The translations under genes were made by a program, and so were the position numbers. The notes below the pieces were generated by a model that searched no databases, had not been told where the DNA came from, and worked only from the letters and a program-made list of their open reading frames with translations. From Escherichia phage P694: DNA of 40,477 nucleotides. Shown piece after piece: positions 18,614 through 28,062 of this stretch; position 1 is the stretch's first letter, and each line of letters begins with the position of its first letter. The stretch lies in the sequence record NC_028863.1; one strand, given 5' to 3'.

Positions 18614-18638
18614 TCTATTCAACTCACTAATGGGAGAA
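18614..18638 (+). promoter_or_regulatory. Phage RNAP promoter (phi4.7-like)
   Basis: TCTATTCAACTCACTAATGGGAGAA. Confidence 0.6.
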
Positions 18639-18645
18639 CAACACT

Positions 18646-19044
18646 ATGCGTAATCGTAATGTAATCGAAGCTGAAATCTCTAAGCTGCAAGCTGAACTGG
18701 CTGATGTAAAAGAGTATGAATGTGCTCGTGATTCTGCGGTACACATCCTGAAGAACTTAGGGTGGACTCGCTCTCGTGGTCAATGGGTGAAACCTGCCAA
18801 GGCAAACACCAAGCTGTTCGATAAGGACACCATGACCCACATTAAGGCAGGTGACTTCTGCGCATCAACTGAGACATCCTCTCTATGGTACGTGCGCACG
18901 GTCGCTGGCAACATCTGCTGGTGCTCACGAGTGTCCCGCATTGCTCCTAATGGAACCTTAGTGACCAGCAACAACGTTGGAATCAAAGCTGAGAACCTGA
19001 AGGTAATCAACGCGAAAGACTATATGGGATACACCCATCGTTAA
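18646..19044 (+). CDS. Hypothetical protein (gene 4.7 position)
   Basis: 132 aa ORF downstream of the phi4.7-like promoter. Confidence 0.6.
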   Translation: MRNRNVIEAEISKLQAELADVKEYECARDSAVHILKNLGWTRSRGQWVKPAKANTKLFDKDTMTHIKAGDFCASTETSSLWYVRTVAGNICWCSRVSRIAPNGTLVTSNNVGIKAENLKVINAKDYMGYTHR

Positions 19045-19063
19045 ACTTTAAGGAGTAAACACA

Positions 19064-21178
19064 ATGTTACTATCCGACATCGAAACAAACGGGTTGCTGC
19101 ACAACGTTAGTCAATTTCACTGTGCGGTGACTTACGACTACACAACTGACCAGTACATCCGTTATCGACCTGATGACTTTGGGGCATACATTGATGCTCT
19201 CGAAGCTGAGGTTGCTCGTGGTGGTCTCATTGTGTTCCATAATGGTCACAAGTATGACATCCCGGTAATTGAGTTGCTCGCCAAGAAACTGTTAGGCCGC
19301 GACGTTAAGTTCCCGAAAGAGAACGTACTAGATACCCTAGTGATGTCCCGCTTGATTTACTCTAACATCAAAGACACCGATGCTGGTCTGCTCCGTGCTG
19401 GCAAGCTGCCGGGTAAACGCTTTGGTTCCCACGCTCTGGAGGCTTGGGGTTATCGATTAGGTGAAATGAAGGGTGAGTACAAGGACGACTTCAAGGCTTC
19501 ACTGGCTGAGTCTGGTGAAGAATACGTTGATGGGATGGAGTGGTTGCTGTTCAACGAAGACATGATGGAATATAACGTTCAAGACGTTGTAGTCACCAAG
19601 GCTCTCTTCGAGAAACTTTGTAGCAACACATTCTATTTCCCTAACGAGACACCTGCTGGAAGCACAGAAGCAGAACGTTTCTGGAACGGTAGCCTTGAGG
19701 CTGTCAAACTGGAACACGATGCTGCATGGCTGTTAGCCAAGATGGAACGTAATGGTTTCCCTATTGACATCAAGTCCTTGGAGAATCTCTACGCAGAACT
19801 CGCTGGCAGACGTGGTGAGCTACTCGTAGAGTTAACCAATACGTTTGGCTCATGGTACTCCGCTAAGGGCGGTACTGAAGCATTCAGGCATCCTCGTACC
19901 GGAAAGCCGCTCACCAAGTATCCTCGTGTGAAGTACCCGAAACAGGGTGGCATCTTTAAGAAGCCTAAGAACAAGAAGCAACGTGAAGGCTTAGAACCGT
20001 GTGAGTTGGATACCCGCGATTACGTTGAGGGTGCTCCGTATACTCCGGTTGAGCACGTTGTGTTTAACCCTGCGAGCCGAGACCACATCACTCGTGTTCT
20101 TACCAAGGCTGGCTGGGTTCCCGTTGAGTTCACTCCTAGTGGTGCACCAAAGGTAGACGATGAGGTCTTAGAGCACGTTAAGGTTGATGACCCGGATGCA
20201 CAGCGTTGCATTGAGTTGATTAAAGAATACCTTATGATTCAGAAGCGTATCGGTCAGGTTGCTGAAGGTGATAACGGCTGGCTCCGAATGATTGGAGACG
20301 ATGGTCGTATTCACGGAAGCGTTAACCCGAACGGTGCGGTAACTGGACGTGCAACCCATAGTTTCCCTAACGTGGCACAGGTGCCTTCAATCCGTGCTGC
20401 TTATGGTGAACCTTGTCGTGCTGCTTTCGGTGCCGAGCATAACCTGAAAGACGGTAAGCCAGACCCTTGGATTCAAGTTGGTGTGGATGCGTCCGGCCTT
20501 GAGCTACGTTGCTTGGGCCACTTCATGTATCGTTATGATGAGGGTGAGTACGTTGAGACCATCCTAACGGGTGACATTCATACGAAGAACCAATTGGCTG
20601 CTGGTCTGCCGACTCGTGACAACGCTAAGACGTTTATCTATGGGTTCCTCTATGGTGCTGGTGCTGCGAAGATTGGACAGATTGTTGGTGGCACTGCCGA
20701 AGATGGTAAGCGACTCATCAAGAACTTCCTTGAGCAAACTCCGGCTATCGCTGCGTTACGTGAAGCAATCACAGGGACACTCGTCAAGGACTCCAAGTGG
20801 GTTGGTGGCGAACAGAAAGTAACTTGGAAGCGCCGTTGGGTTCGTGGCTTGGATGGTCGTAAAGTACACGTCCGTAGTCCTCACGCTGCGCTGAACACCT
20901 TGTTGCAGTCTGCTGGTGCTCTGATTTGTAAACTGTGGATTGTTAAGACAGAAGAGATGCTCCTTGAGATGGGCTACAAACACGGATGGGATGGTGACTT
21001 CTGCCTCATGGGATGGATTCATGATGAGCAACAGCTTGCTTGCCGTACAGAAGAGATTGCCAACGTTGTAATCGAAGTATCTCAACAGGCTATGCGTTGG
21101 GTAGGCGACCACTTTAACTTCCGGTGTCAGTTAGATACTGAAGGGAAGATGGGGCCGAATTGGGCTGTATGTCACTAA
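19064..21178 (+). CDS. 5: DNA polymerase (family A, with 3'-5' exonuclease domain)
   Basis: 704 aa, same length as T7 gp5; near-identical blocks (GGLIVFHNGHKYD, KLPGKRFGSHALEAWGY, NAKTFIYGFLYGAG). Confidence 0.98.
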   Translation: MLLSDIETNGLLHNVSQFHCAVTYDYTTDQYIRYRPDDFGAYIDALEAEVARGGLIVFHNGHKYDIPVIELLAKKLLGRDVKFPKENVLDTLVMSRLIYSNIKDTDAGLLRAGKLPGKRFGSHALEAWGYRLGEMKGEYKDDFKASLAESGEEYVDGMEWLLFNEDMMEYNVQDVVVTKALFEKLCSNTFYFPNETPAGSTEAERFWNGSLEAVKLEHDAAWLLAKMERNGFPIDIKSLENLYAELAGRRGELLVELTNTFGSWYSAKGGTEAFRHPRTGKPLTKYPRVKYPKQGGIFKKPKNKKQREGLEPCELDTRDYVEGAPYTPVEHVVFNPASRDHITRVLTKAGWVPVEFTPSGAPKVDDEVLEHVKVDDPDAQRCIELIKEYLMIQKRIGQVAEGDNGWLRMIGDDGRIHGSVNPNGAVTGRATHSFPNVAQVPSIRAAYGEPCRAAFGAEHNLKDGKPDPWIQVGVDASGLELRCLGHFMYRYDEGEYVETILTGDIHTKNQLAAGLPTRDNAKTFIYGFLYGAGAAKIGQIVGGTAEDGKRLIKNFLEQTPAIAALREAITGTLVKDSKWVGGEQKVTWKRRWVRGLDGRKVHVRSPHAALNTLLQSAGALICKLWIVKTEEMLLEMGYKHGWDGDFCLMGWIHDEQQLACRTEEIANVVIEVSQQAMRWVGDHFNFRCQLDTEGKMGPNWAVCH

Positions 21179-21197
21179 TTAACAGGAGAAATATATC

Positions 21198-21491
21198 ATG
21201 GCTATTACTAAACGTTTTAAAGTATCATTCGAAATGACCGTAAAGGTTGACTCTGAGACTGAAGATATGATTAAGGAACGCATCTTGGATTTGGCTCGCA
21301 GCGTTCGTGATGGTGAGTCCGTAAGTGCACAGGACAAAGAGTTACTCGTACAGGCTCTTACTCATGGTGCCGATGGTGTTGTTGCCTTTGCTGTTAAGCA
21401 GGGCATTCGTAATGAAATCCGTGAGATGGGCATTGAGCACCACGGAGAGGGCATTAAGTTTGCACCTGCAACTATTCGTGAGGTGAAGTAA
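21198..21491 (+). CDS. 5.5: gp5.5-like protein (H-NS-binding in T7)
   Basis: 97 aa at the T7 5.5 position with similar termini (MA.TKRFKV.F ... GIKF.PATIREV). Confidence 0.7.
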   Translation: MAITKRFKVSFEMTVKVDSETEDMIKERILDLARSVRDGESVSAQDKELLVQALTHGADGVVAFAVKQGIRNEIREMGIEHHGEGIKFAPATIREVK

Positions 21492-21700
21492 TGGGTGATT
21501 ATCTACGTGTACTGGCGGCTATTAAAAGCTGCCCTAAGACCTTTCAGTCGAACTATGTGCGCAACAATGCGTCACTGGTGGCTGAGGCTGCGAGTCGTGG
21601 TCATATCTCTTGCCTATCAGTCGATGGGCGTAATGCTGGCGCTTGGGAAGTAACAGGCGCTGGTGTCCGATTCCTGAAGAAGATGGGAGGTTGTGTATGA
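21491..21700 (+). CDS. 5.7: gp5.7-like protein (sigma-S RNAP inhibitor in T7)
   Basis: 69 aa ..YLRVLAAIKSCPKTFQSNYVRNNASLVAEAASRGHISCL..., near-identical to T7 gp5.7 as recalled. Confidence 0.88.
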   Translation: MGDYLRVLAAIKSCPKTFQSNYVRNNASLVAEAASRGHISCLSVDGRNAGAWEVTGAGVRFLKKMGGCV

Positions 21701-21876
21701 GTTTGCATACTGACAACGTACAGGTGACTCGTGAAGCGTGGAATGACATGCAAGCGTACATCCAGTCCCTTGAGAAAGACCAAGAGTTCCTGAACGCTCT
21801 GAGAGCCTGTGGTGTGGACAATTGGGATGGCTATTCAGATGCTATCGAAATGGTCTACGGGGAGGACGACTTATGA
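21697..21876 (+). CDS. 5.9: gp5.9-like acidic protein (RecBCD inhibitor in T7)
   Basis: 59 aa from ATG 21697 (GGGAGG RBS); acidic; motif W.D.Q.YI.SLE shared with T7 gp5.9. Confidence 0.65.
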   Translation: MSLHTDNVQVTREAWNDMQAYIQSLEKDQEFLNALRACGVDNWDGYSDAIEMVYGEDDL

Positions 21877-22787
21877 GCGCCATTACACTGAAGGAGTTCT
21901 ATGAGTTACGCCAAGGCAAATCTGACAAGGGTGTCTTGGTCATGGATGGTGACTGGCTGGTATTCCAAGCGATGGCAGCAAGTGAAGTCGAGACCGATTG
22001 GGGTGACGATGTGTGGACATTAGAGTGTGACCATGCGAAAGCGTGGAGTATCCTCGTGGATTCCATTAAGTCCTATGCGAGCCGTAAGAAGGCTTGGCGT
22101 GATGCACCTATCGTGTTGGCCTTCACTGACTCTGTGAACTGGCGTAAGGAACTAGTTGACCCAACCTATAAGGAGAACCGTAAGGCATCCCGTAAGCCTG
22201 TAGGCTACCGTGCGTTCGTCGAGCGTGTTCAAGCCTTTGAGGACTGGACATCTATCCTTGAGCCTCGCTTAGAGGGTGATGACGTAATGGGAATCATTGG
22301 GTCTGGTGCTAAACACTTTGGTTTCAAGAAGGCTGTGCTTGTCTCCTGTGATAAGGACTTTAAGACCATCCCTGATTGTGACTTCTTGTGGTGCACTACT
22401 GGTAACATCTTGACTCAAGACCAGACGACTGCTGACTACTGGCACATCTATCAGACCATTAAAGGTGACTTGACGGATGGCTATGGTGGCATTCCGGGCT
22501 GGGGTGAGACCACTGCTGAGTGGTTAGAGAACCCGTATGCCTTTGAACAGGTTGAGAAAACCTTTAAGTCTGGTGCCCGTAAGGGTCAGACAGTTCTCGA
22601 ATGGAAGAAGGTTGACATGGGAGACCGAACCTTGTGGGAAGCGATTGTGACCCTTGGTGCCAAAGCTGGGATGACCGAAGAGGAAATCATTAAGCAAGGT
22701 CAGATGGCTCGCATCCTTCGTTTCGAAGAGTACAACTTTATCGACAAGGAGATTTACCTATGGTCGCCGGAACAGTTGCGTTCGTAG
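21873..22787 (+). CDS. 6: 5'-3' exonuclease
   Basis: 304 aa from ATG 21873 (GGGAGG RBS); blocks VLVMDGDWLVFQAM, PIVLAFTDSVNWRKELVDP, KDFKTIPDCDFLWCTTGNILTQ as in T7 gp6. Confidence 0.95.
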   Translation: MSAITLKEFYELRQGKSDKGVLVMDGDWLVFQAMAASEVETDWGDDVWTLECDHAKAWSILVDSIKSYASRKKAWRDAPIVLAFTDSVNWRKELVDPTYKENRKASRKPVGYRAFVERVQAFEDWTSILEPRLEGDDVMGIIGSGAKHFGFKKAVLVSCDKDFKTIPDCDFLWCTTGNILTQDQTTADYWHIYQTIKGDLTDGYGGIPGWGETTAEWLENPYAFEQVEKTFKSGARKGQTVLEWKKVDMGDRTLWEAIVTLGAKAGMTEEEIIKQGQMARILRFEEYNFIDKEIYLWSPEQLRS

Positions 22788-22843
22788 CGTTCGCAATCGT
22801 AGCCTTCGCAATAGTGTGGGCTGCATTCATCACAACACTTTGA
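22760..22843 (+). CDS. Small hydrophobic peptide (27 aa; gene 6.3 position)
   Basis: MVAGTVAFVAFAIVAFAIVWAAFITTL; AAGGAG RBS at spacing 8; overlaps the gene 6 3' end in another frame. Confidence 0.45.
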   Translation: MVAGTVAFVAFAIVAFAIVWAAFITTL

Positions 22844-22877
22844 GTGTGTAACTCTAGGCATTCTTCTCTACGTGAAA

Positions 22878-22902
22878 TCAATACGACTCACTATTGGAGA
22901 GG
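22878..22902 (+). promoter_or_regulatory. Phage RNAP promoter (phi6.5-like)
   Basis: TCAATACGACTCACTATTGGAGAGG. Confidence 0.7.
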
Positions 22903-22954
22903 GGTGCCTATATGATACCTACTTTAAGTTCTAACTTTAAGGAGAACATTAATT

Positions 22955-23200
22955 ATGTTAACCCCTATCAAGAAGTACATGGAGAACCCACAAGATATTC
23001 CTAACGTTCCTCGGAGTGTCATGGAGTATCTACAGGTTCAGTATAATGCTGGATATGCTATTCAGTCTGGTCTTATCAATCGGTTGAAACAGGCTGGGTG
23101 GTCTGAAAGCTACATCGCTGGGTTCCTCGCGGGTCTCAACTATGCGTCTCAAACCTTAGACGACATGGAGGCAATCCGTAAGGAACAGGCAGAATCCTAA
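22955..23200 (+). CDS. Hypothetical protein (gene 6.5 position)
   Basis: 81 aa; AAGGAGA RBS. Confidence 0.65.
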   Translation: MLTPIKKYMENPQDIPNVPRSVMEYLQVQYNAGYAIQSGLINRLKQAGWSESYIAGFLAGLNYASQTLDDMEAIRKEQAES

Positions 23201-23219
23201 TCTAACAGGAGGTAATCTG

Positions 23220-23498
23220 ATGTGCTGGTCGCCTAAGATTAAAACGCCTAAAGTGGACACTAACAAAGTCCGAGCGGTAGACCCTGCACCACTCACTGAG
23301 GAACCGAAAGGCATCCTCTTTGGTGGCGATGATGATACCGATAAGGACACCGGAACCTCTTCTGAGGTGCCAACTGGTGGCAAGAAGTCCCTGAAGGTGA
23401 AACTGGATGACTCCGTTGAGAAGTCCAAGAAGGCTGATAATGCAGCCAAGAATAAAACTAAGTCTGGTATTCGTACCAGTGTCTTTAAGAAGAGATAA
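23220..23498 (+). CDS. 6.7: gp6.7-like virion protein
   Basis: 92 aa MCWSPKIKTPKVDTN.VRAVDPAPLT..., similar to T7 gp6.7 as recalled. Confidence 0.8.
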   Translation: MCWSPKIKTPKVDTNKVRAVDPAPLTEEPKGILFGGDDDTDKDTGTSSEVPTGGKKSLKVKLDDSVEKSKKADNAAKNKTKSGIRTSVFKKR

Positions 23499-23516
23499 TT
23501 AGGAGGAGTTCGGTAA

Positions 23517-23903
23517 ATGGTTACAGTACATAAGTGCACAGAACGCGCGGCTGCTATTGTCTGGACTGTGGCGCACTTAGGGTTGCCAGAAGGGTTCACT
23601 ACGTTAAGCGAGTATGCTGACTACGTGGATGAACTTATGGATGACGCTGGGTACGAAGAGTTCTACTTTAAGAATGCCAAGGGTTATCCTGTGGCTTATG
23701 TAGCTCTCTGTATCAGCAACGACATACACCATAAGGGTGACATATTGGATATAACCAATATAGTCATTAAGCCACGCTCAGGGTACGCACCTTGGGTCTG
23801 GCGCTGGGTGTTAGCTGAGGCGACTCGTAGAGGTTGCCAGTGGGTCTCCCGTTGTGCACATGAACACGATGGGTCAATTCGAAACGTATTCAAGAGGATA
23901 TAA
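23517..23903 (+). CDS. Hypothetical protein at the gene 7 position (Trp/Cys-rich)
   Basis: 128 aa; AGGAGGAG RBS; I cannot confirm similarity to T7 gp7 from memory. Confidence 0.6.
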   Translation: MVTVHKCTERAAAIVWTVAHLGLPEGFTTLSEYADYVDELMDDAGYEEFYFKNAKGYPVAYVALCISNDIHHKGDILDITNIVIKPRSGYAPWVWRWVLAEATRRGCQWVSRCAHEHDGSIRNVFKRI

Positions 23904-23905
23904 TC

Positions 23906-24256
23906 ATGGGTAAGAAAATCAAAAAGACTATCAAGAAAACTGTTAAGAAAGTCACTAAGCCAGTCAAGAAGGCTGTTAAGCAGGTCGGTAAAGCTGGTGA
24001 GGACATCGTTAAGGGGACTGTAGGCGCAGCCACTGGTCTGCTTGGAGGTGGACAGAAAGAGCCTGAAGTTGTGGTACAACAGGCAGCTCCAGTGGCTGCA
24101 CCCGCTCCTGCTGCACAGATTATTGAGCCACCGAGTAAAGATGATGTTGATACCGATGATGAGTCTCAAACTGAATCAGGCAAAAAGAAAGCTCGTGCTG
24201 GCGGTAAGAAATCACTGAGTGTCGCTCGCAGTTCTGGCAGTGGAATAAACATTTGA
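23906..24256 (+). CDS. 7.3: gp7.3-like tail/host-range virion protein
   Basis: 116 aa; Lys-rich N-terminus MGKKIKKTIKK...; C-terminal ...QTESGKKKARAGGKKSLSVARSSGSGINI as in T7 gp7.3. Confidence 0.82.
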   Translation: MGKKIKKTIKKTVKKVTKPVKKAVKQVGKAGEDIVKGTVGAATGLLGGGQKEPEVVVQQAAPVAAPAPAAQIIEPPSKDDVDTDDESQTESGKKKARAGGKKSLSVARSSGSGINI

Positions 24257-24270
24257 TAAGGAGGCACTAA

Positions 24271-25872
24271 ATGGCAAGCTCACAGAAACGTGAAGGCTTC
24301 GCTGAGAATGGTGCCAAGGCGGTGTATGACGCATTGAAGAACGACCGGAACTCCTATGAGACCCGTGCGGAAAACTGCGCGAAGTACACCATCCCCTCGT
24401 TGTTCCCGAAGGACTCCGATAACGCCTCTACTGACTACACGACTCCGTGGCAAGCAGTAGGTGCTCGTGGTCTGAACAACTTGGCCTCTAAGCTCATGCT
24501 TGCTCTGTTCCCCATGCAGACTTGGATGAAGCTGACCATCTCTGAGTTCGAAGCGAAACAATTGGTAGCACAACCTGCCGAACTAGCGAAGGTCGAAGAA
24601 GGTCTCTCTATGGTCGAGCGAATCTTGATGAACTACATCGAGTCCAACTCGTACCGTGTGACACTCTTTGAGACCCTCAAGCAGTTGGTCGTAGCTGGTA
24701 ACGCTCTGCTGTACATTCCTGAACCTGAAGGGACTTACAATCCCATGAAGTTATACCGACTGTCTTCTTATGTTGTCCAACGAGACGCATTCGGCACGGT
24801 ATTACAGATTGTGACCTTGGATAAGACTGCCTATGCAGCACTTCCAGAAGACGTAAGGAACTCTATGGACTCTGGTCAGGAACATAAGGGTGACGAGATG
24901 ATTGATGTGTACACTCACATTTATCTCGATGAGGAATCTGGAGAGTACCTGAAGTACGAAGAGATTGATGGCGTTGAAGTTGATGGCACAGATGCTTCTT
25001 ATCCGGTGGACGCTTGTCCGTATATCCCGGTTCGCATGGTGCGCATTGATGGAGAGTCATATGGTCGTTCGTACTGTGAGGAATACTTAGGTGACTTACG
25101 TTCACTTGAGAACCTTCAGGAAGCAATCGTCAAGATGTCCATGATTAGTGCAAAGGTTATCGGCTTGGTTAACCCGGCTGGTATCACACAGGTCCGTCGC
25201 TTAACGAAAGCACAGACAGGTGACTTTGTGTCTGGTCGTCCAGAAGACATCTCGTTCCTTCAGTTGGAAAAGGCCGCTGACTTCTCTGTAGCGAAAGCTG
25301 TAAGTGAACAGATTGAAGGCCGACTGTCCTATGCCTTTATGTTGAACTCTGCGGTACAGCGTACTGGTGAGCGTGTGACAGCCGAAGAGATTCGTTATGT
25401 TGCATCGGAACTGGAAGATACCCTTGGTGGTGTCTATTCGATTCTCTCACAGGAACTTCAGTTACCTATGGTTCGTGTCCTGCTGAAACAACTTCAAGCA
25501 ACCAATCAGATTCCTGAGTTACCGAAAGAGGCCGTTGAGCCTACTATCAGTACCGGGATGGAAGCATTGGGTCGTGGTCAAGACCTCGATAAGCTGGAGC
25601 GTTGTATCGCTGCGTGGTCTGCTCTTGCTCCTATGCAGAATGACCCGGACATCAACATTGCGACCATTAAGTTGCGCATTGCGAACGCTATCGGCATCGA
25701 CACTTCTGGTATCCTTAAGACACCTGAAGAGAAGCAACAGGAAATGGCTGAGGCCGCTCAAGGCACTGCTATGGAGAACGCTGCTGCGTCTGCTGGTGCT
25801 GGTGCTGGTGCTCTGGCTACTGCAAGCCCTGAGAACATGCAAGCTGCGGCTGAACAGGCTGGCATGATTTAA
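24271..25872 (+). CDS. 8: Portal (head-to-tail connector) protein
   Basis: 533 aa (T7 gp8 is 536); TAAGGAGG RBS; strong similarity as recalled. Confidence 0.95.
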   Translation: MASSQKREGFAENGAKAVYDALKNDRNSYETRAENCAKYTIPSLFPKDSDNASTDYTTPWQAVGARGLNNLASKLMLALFPMQTWMKLTISEFEAKQLVAQPAELAKVEEGLSMVERILMNYIESNSYRVTLFETLKQLVVAGNALLYIPEPEGTYNPMKLYRLSSYVVQRDAFGTVLQIVTLDKTAYAALPEDVRNSMDSGQEHKGDEMIDVYTHIYLDEESGEYLKYEEIDGVEVDGTDASYPVDACPYIPVRMVRIDGESYGRSYCEEYLGDLRSLENLQEAIVKMSMISAKVIGLVNPAGITQVRRLTKAQTGDFVSGRPEDISFLQLEKAADFSVAKAVSEQIEGRLSYAFMLNSAVQRTGERVTAEEIRYVASELEDTLGGVYSILSQELQLPMVRVLLKQLQATNQIPELPKEAVEPTISTGMEALGRGQDLDKLERCIAAWSALAPMQNDPDINIATIKLRIANAIGIDTSGILKTPEEKQQEMAEAAQGTAMENAAASAGAGAGALATASPENMQAAAEQAGMI

Positions 25873-25894
25873 TACGACTCACTAATGGGAGAGA
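25870..25894 (+). promoter_or_regulatory. Phage RNAP promoter (phi9-like)
   Basis: TAATACGACTCACTAATGGGAGAGA. Confidence 0.8.
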
Positions 25895-25945
25895 CAATAC
25901 GTCCTCCCTTTGAGTTCTAAACTTTATTATCAAAGGAGATACAAT

Positions 25946-26845
25946 ATGTCCGGTGAATCTAATGCTGATGTTTACGCATCTTTCGGTGTGAACTCTGCGG
26001 TTGTCGGTGGGTCTACTCCTACTGACCACGAACAGGCTATGCTTGAACTCGATGTTGCCGCCCGTGATGGTGATGATGCAATCGAGTTAGTCGGCAATGA
26101 TGACCCTTATGGTAATCCAGACCCGTTTGGTGAAGAAGACGAGAATCGTACTGAGATTCGTATCTCCACTGATGGTGAACCTGAAGTAACCGAAGAAGGT
26201 GAAATCGACTACGAAGAAGGCTCCGAAGAGTTTGAACCAGTTGGTGACGTTCCAGATGAACTGAACGAAGCCTCAAGTCAACTCGAAGAGCACGAAGCTG
26301 GTTTCGAAGAGATGGTCAATCAGGCGGCTGAACGTGGCCTGTCAGAAGAAACCATCGTGCGTATCCAACAGGAATACGGAGAGGACGGTCTGTCTGAAGA
26401 GTCTTACGAAGAGTTAGCCAAAGCTGGTTACTCCAAGTCGTTTGTTGACTCCTACATCCGTGGTCAGGAAGCACTGGTAGAACAGTATGTTCAGTCCGTT
26501 ATGGAGTATGCTGGCGGTGAAGCGCAGTTCCAAGCAATCTACAATCACCTCGAAGTGTCCAACCCGGATGCTGCTGAGTCTCTGATTAGTGCCTTGGAGA
26601 ACCGTGACCTTTCCACTGTGAAGGCTATCGTGAATCTCGCTGGTGCAAGCCGTGCGAAGACTTTCGGTAAACCTGCTGCCCGTAGTATCTCTAAACGTGC
26701 CGTACCTGCTGCACCTGTACGCACCAAACAGTCTGGCTTTGAGTCACAGGCTGAGATGATTGCTGCAATGTCCGACCCTCGCTATCGCCACGACAGTAAG
26801 TTCCGTGCGGAAGTTGAGCGCAAGATGATGTACAGTCAGTTCTAA
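25946..26845 (+). CDS. 9: Capsid assembly (scaffolding) protein
   Basis: 299 aa from ATG 25946 (AAAGGAGA RBS); MSGESNADVYASFGVNSAV... and acidic composition as in T7 gp9. Confidence 0.92.
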   Translation: MSGESNADVYASFGVNSAVVGGSTPTDHEQAMLELDVAARDGDDAIELVGNDDPYGNPDPFGEEDENRTEIRISTDGEPEVTEEGEIDYEEGSEEFEPVGDVPDELNEASSQLEEHEAGFEEMVNQAAERGLSEETIVRIQQEYGEDGLSEESYEELAKAGYSKSFVDSYIRGQEALVEQYVQSVMEYAGGEAQFQAIYNHLEVSNPDAAESLISALENRDLSTVKAIVNLAGASRAKTFGKPAARSISKRAVPAAPVRTKQSGFESQAEMIAAMSDPRYRHDSKFRAEVERKMMYSQF

Positions 26846-26847
26846 AT

Positions 26848-26872
26848 TAATACGACTCACTATTGGGAGAGA
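26848..26872 (+). promoter_or_regulatory. Phage RNAP promoter (phi10-like) with an extended structured leader
   Basis: TAATACGACTCACTATTGGGAGAGA; 146-nt leader to the gene 10 ATG. Confidence 0.85.
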
Positions 26873-27018
26873 CTTAGACCCTGCGATGTCTGCGCTCGTA
26901 GACCTATCCAGATGGGATGTATCTCCCTTTGAGTGATACACAATGAGAACCAACTCGTTTCAAGTAGTACCTCACACATTTAAAACTTTTATCATAAATC
27001 AACAGAAGGAGATTCAAC

Positions 27019-28062
27019 ATGGCTAACATGACTGGTGGACAACAGATTGGTAAGGATCAAGGTAAAGGCATGAGCGCTGGCGATAAACTGGCTCTGTTCC
27101 TGAAGGTCTTCGGTGGTGAAGTTCTGACTGCATTTACCCGTACCTCCGTAACTATGAACAAACACCTCGTGCGTTCTATTCAGTCCGGTAAGTCCGCGCA
27201 GTTCCCTGTGCTGGGTCGTACCAAAGCTGCTTATCTGCAACCGGGTGAGAACCTCGATGACAAACGTAAAGACATGAAGCACACTGAGAAGACCATTAAC
27301 ATTGATGGTTTGCTGACTGCTGACGTTCTGATTTACGACATCGAAGACGCAATGAACCACTATGACGTGCGCTCTGAGTATACTGCTCAGTTGGGCGAGT
27401 CTCTGGCTCTGGCTGCTGATGGCGCGGTACTGGCTGAAATGGCTAAACTGTGTAACCTCCCGGCTGCATCCAATGAGAACATCGCCGGTCTTGGTACTGC
27501 AAGTGTACTGGAAGTAGGCACTGCGGCTGACCTGCAAGGTGACCAAGTGAAGCTGGGTCAGGCAATCATTGCACAGTTGACTCTGGCTCGTGCTCGTCTG
27601 ACTAAGAACTACGTGCCGTCTGCTGACCGTACCTTCTACACCACTCCGGATAACTACTCCGCGATTCTGGCTGCTCTGATGCCTAACGCTGCCAACTATC
27701 AGGCGCTGATTGACCCGTCTACTGGTTCTATCCGCAACGTCATGGGCTTTGAAGTAATCGAAGTTCCTCACCTGACTGCTGGTGGTGCTGGTGATGACCG
27801 TCCAGAAGAAGGCACAAGCCCGTCTGGTCAGAAACACGCATTCCCTGTGACTGCTACGGGTGACACTAAGGTTGCTCTGGATACCGTTGTTGGTCTGTTC
27901 TGCCACCGCTCTGCCGTTGGTACTGTGAAGCTGAAAGACATGGCGCTGGAACGTGCTCGTCGTGCTAACTATCAGGCTGACCAGATTATCGCTAAGTACG
28001 CTATGGGTCACGGTGGTCTGCGTCCAGAAGCAGTAGGTGCACTGGTTTTCAAAAAGGCTTAA
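27019..28062 (+). CDS. 10A: Major capsid protein (10A)
   Basis: 347 aa; MA.MTGGQQ.G..QGKG N-terminus and near-identity to T7 gp10A across the protein; AAGGAGA RBS. Confidence 0.98.
   Translation: MANMTGGQQIGKDQGKGMSAGDKLALFLKVFGGEVLTAFTRTSVTMNKHLVRSIQSGKSAQFPVLGRTKAAYLQPGENLDDKRKDMKHTEKTINIDGLLTADVLIYDIEDAMNHYDVRSEYTAQLGESLALAADGAVLAEMAKLCNLPAASNENIAGLGTASVLEVGTAADLQGDQVKLGQAIIAQLTLARARLTKNYVPSADRTFYTTPDNYSAILAALMPNAANYQALIDPSTGSIRNVMGFEVIEVPHLTAGGAGDDRPEEGTSPSGQKHAFPVTATGDTKVALDTVVGLFCHRSAVGTVKLKDMALERARRANYQADQIIAKYAMGHGGLRPEAVGALVFKKA

Noticed and set aside
26943-27026. 27-codon upstream ORF in the gene 10 leader ending at the gene 10 start
   Set aside because: No recognisable RBS before its ATG; more likely a chance ORF in a structured leader, though a regulatory uORF cannot be excluded.
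26992-28011. 339-aa minus-strand ORF antisense to the major capsid gene
   Set aside because: Lies entirely antisense to a strongly supported gene in a genome where every supported gene is on the + strand; no RBS; low-complexity S/T/Q/V-rich product typical of antisense frames in a codon-biased gene.
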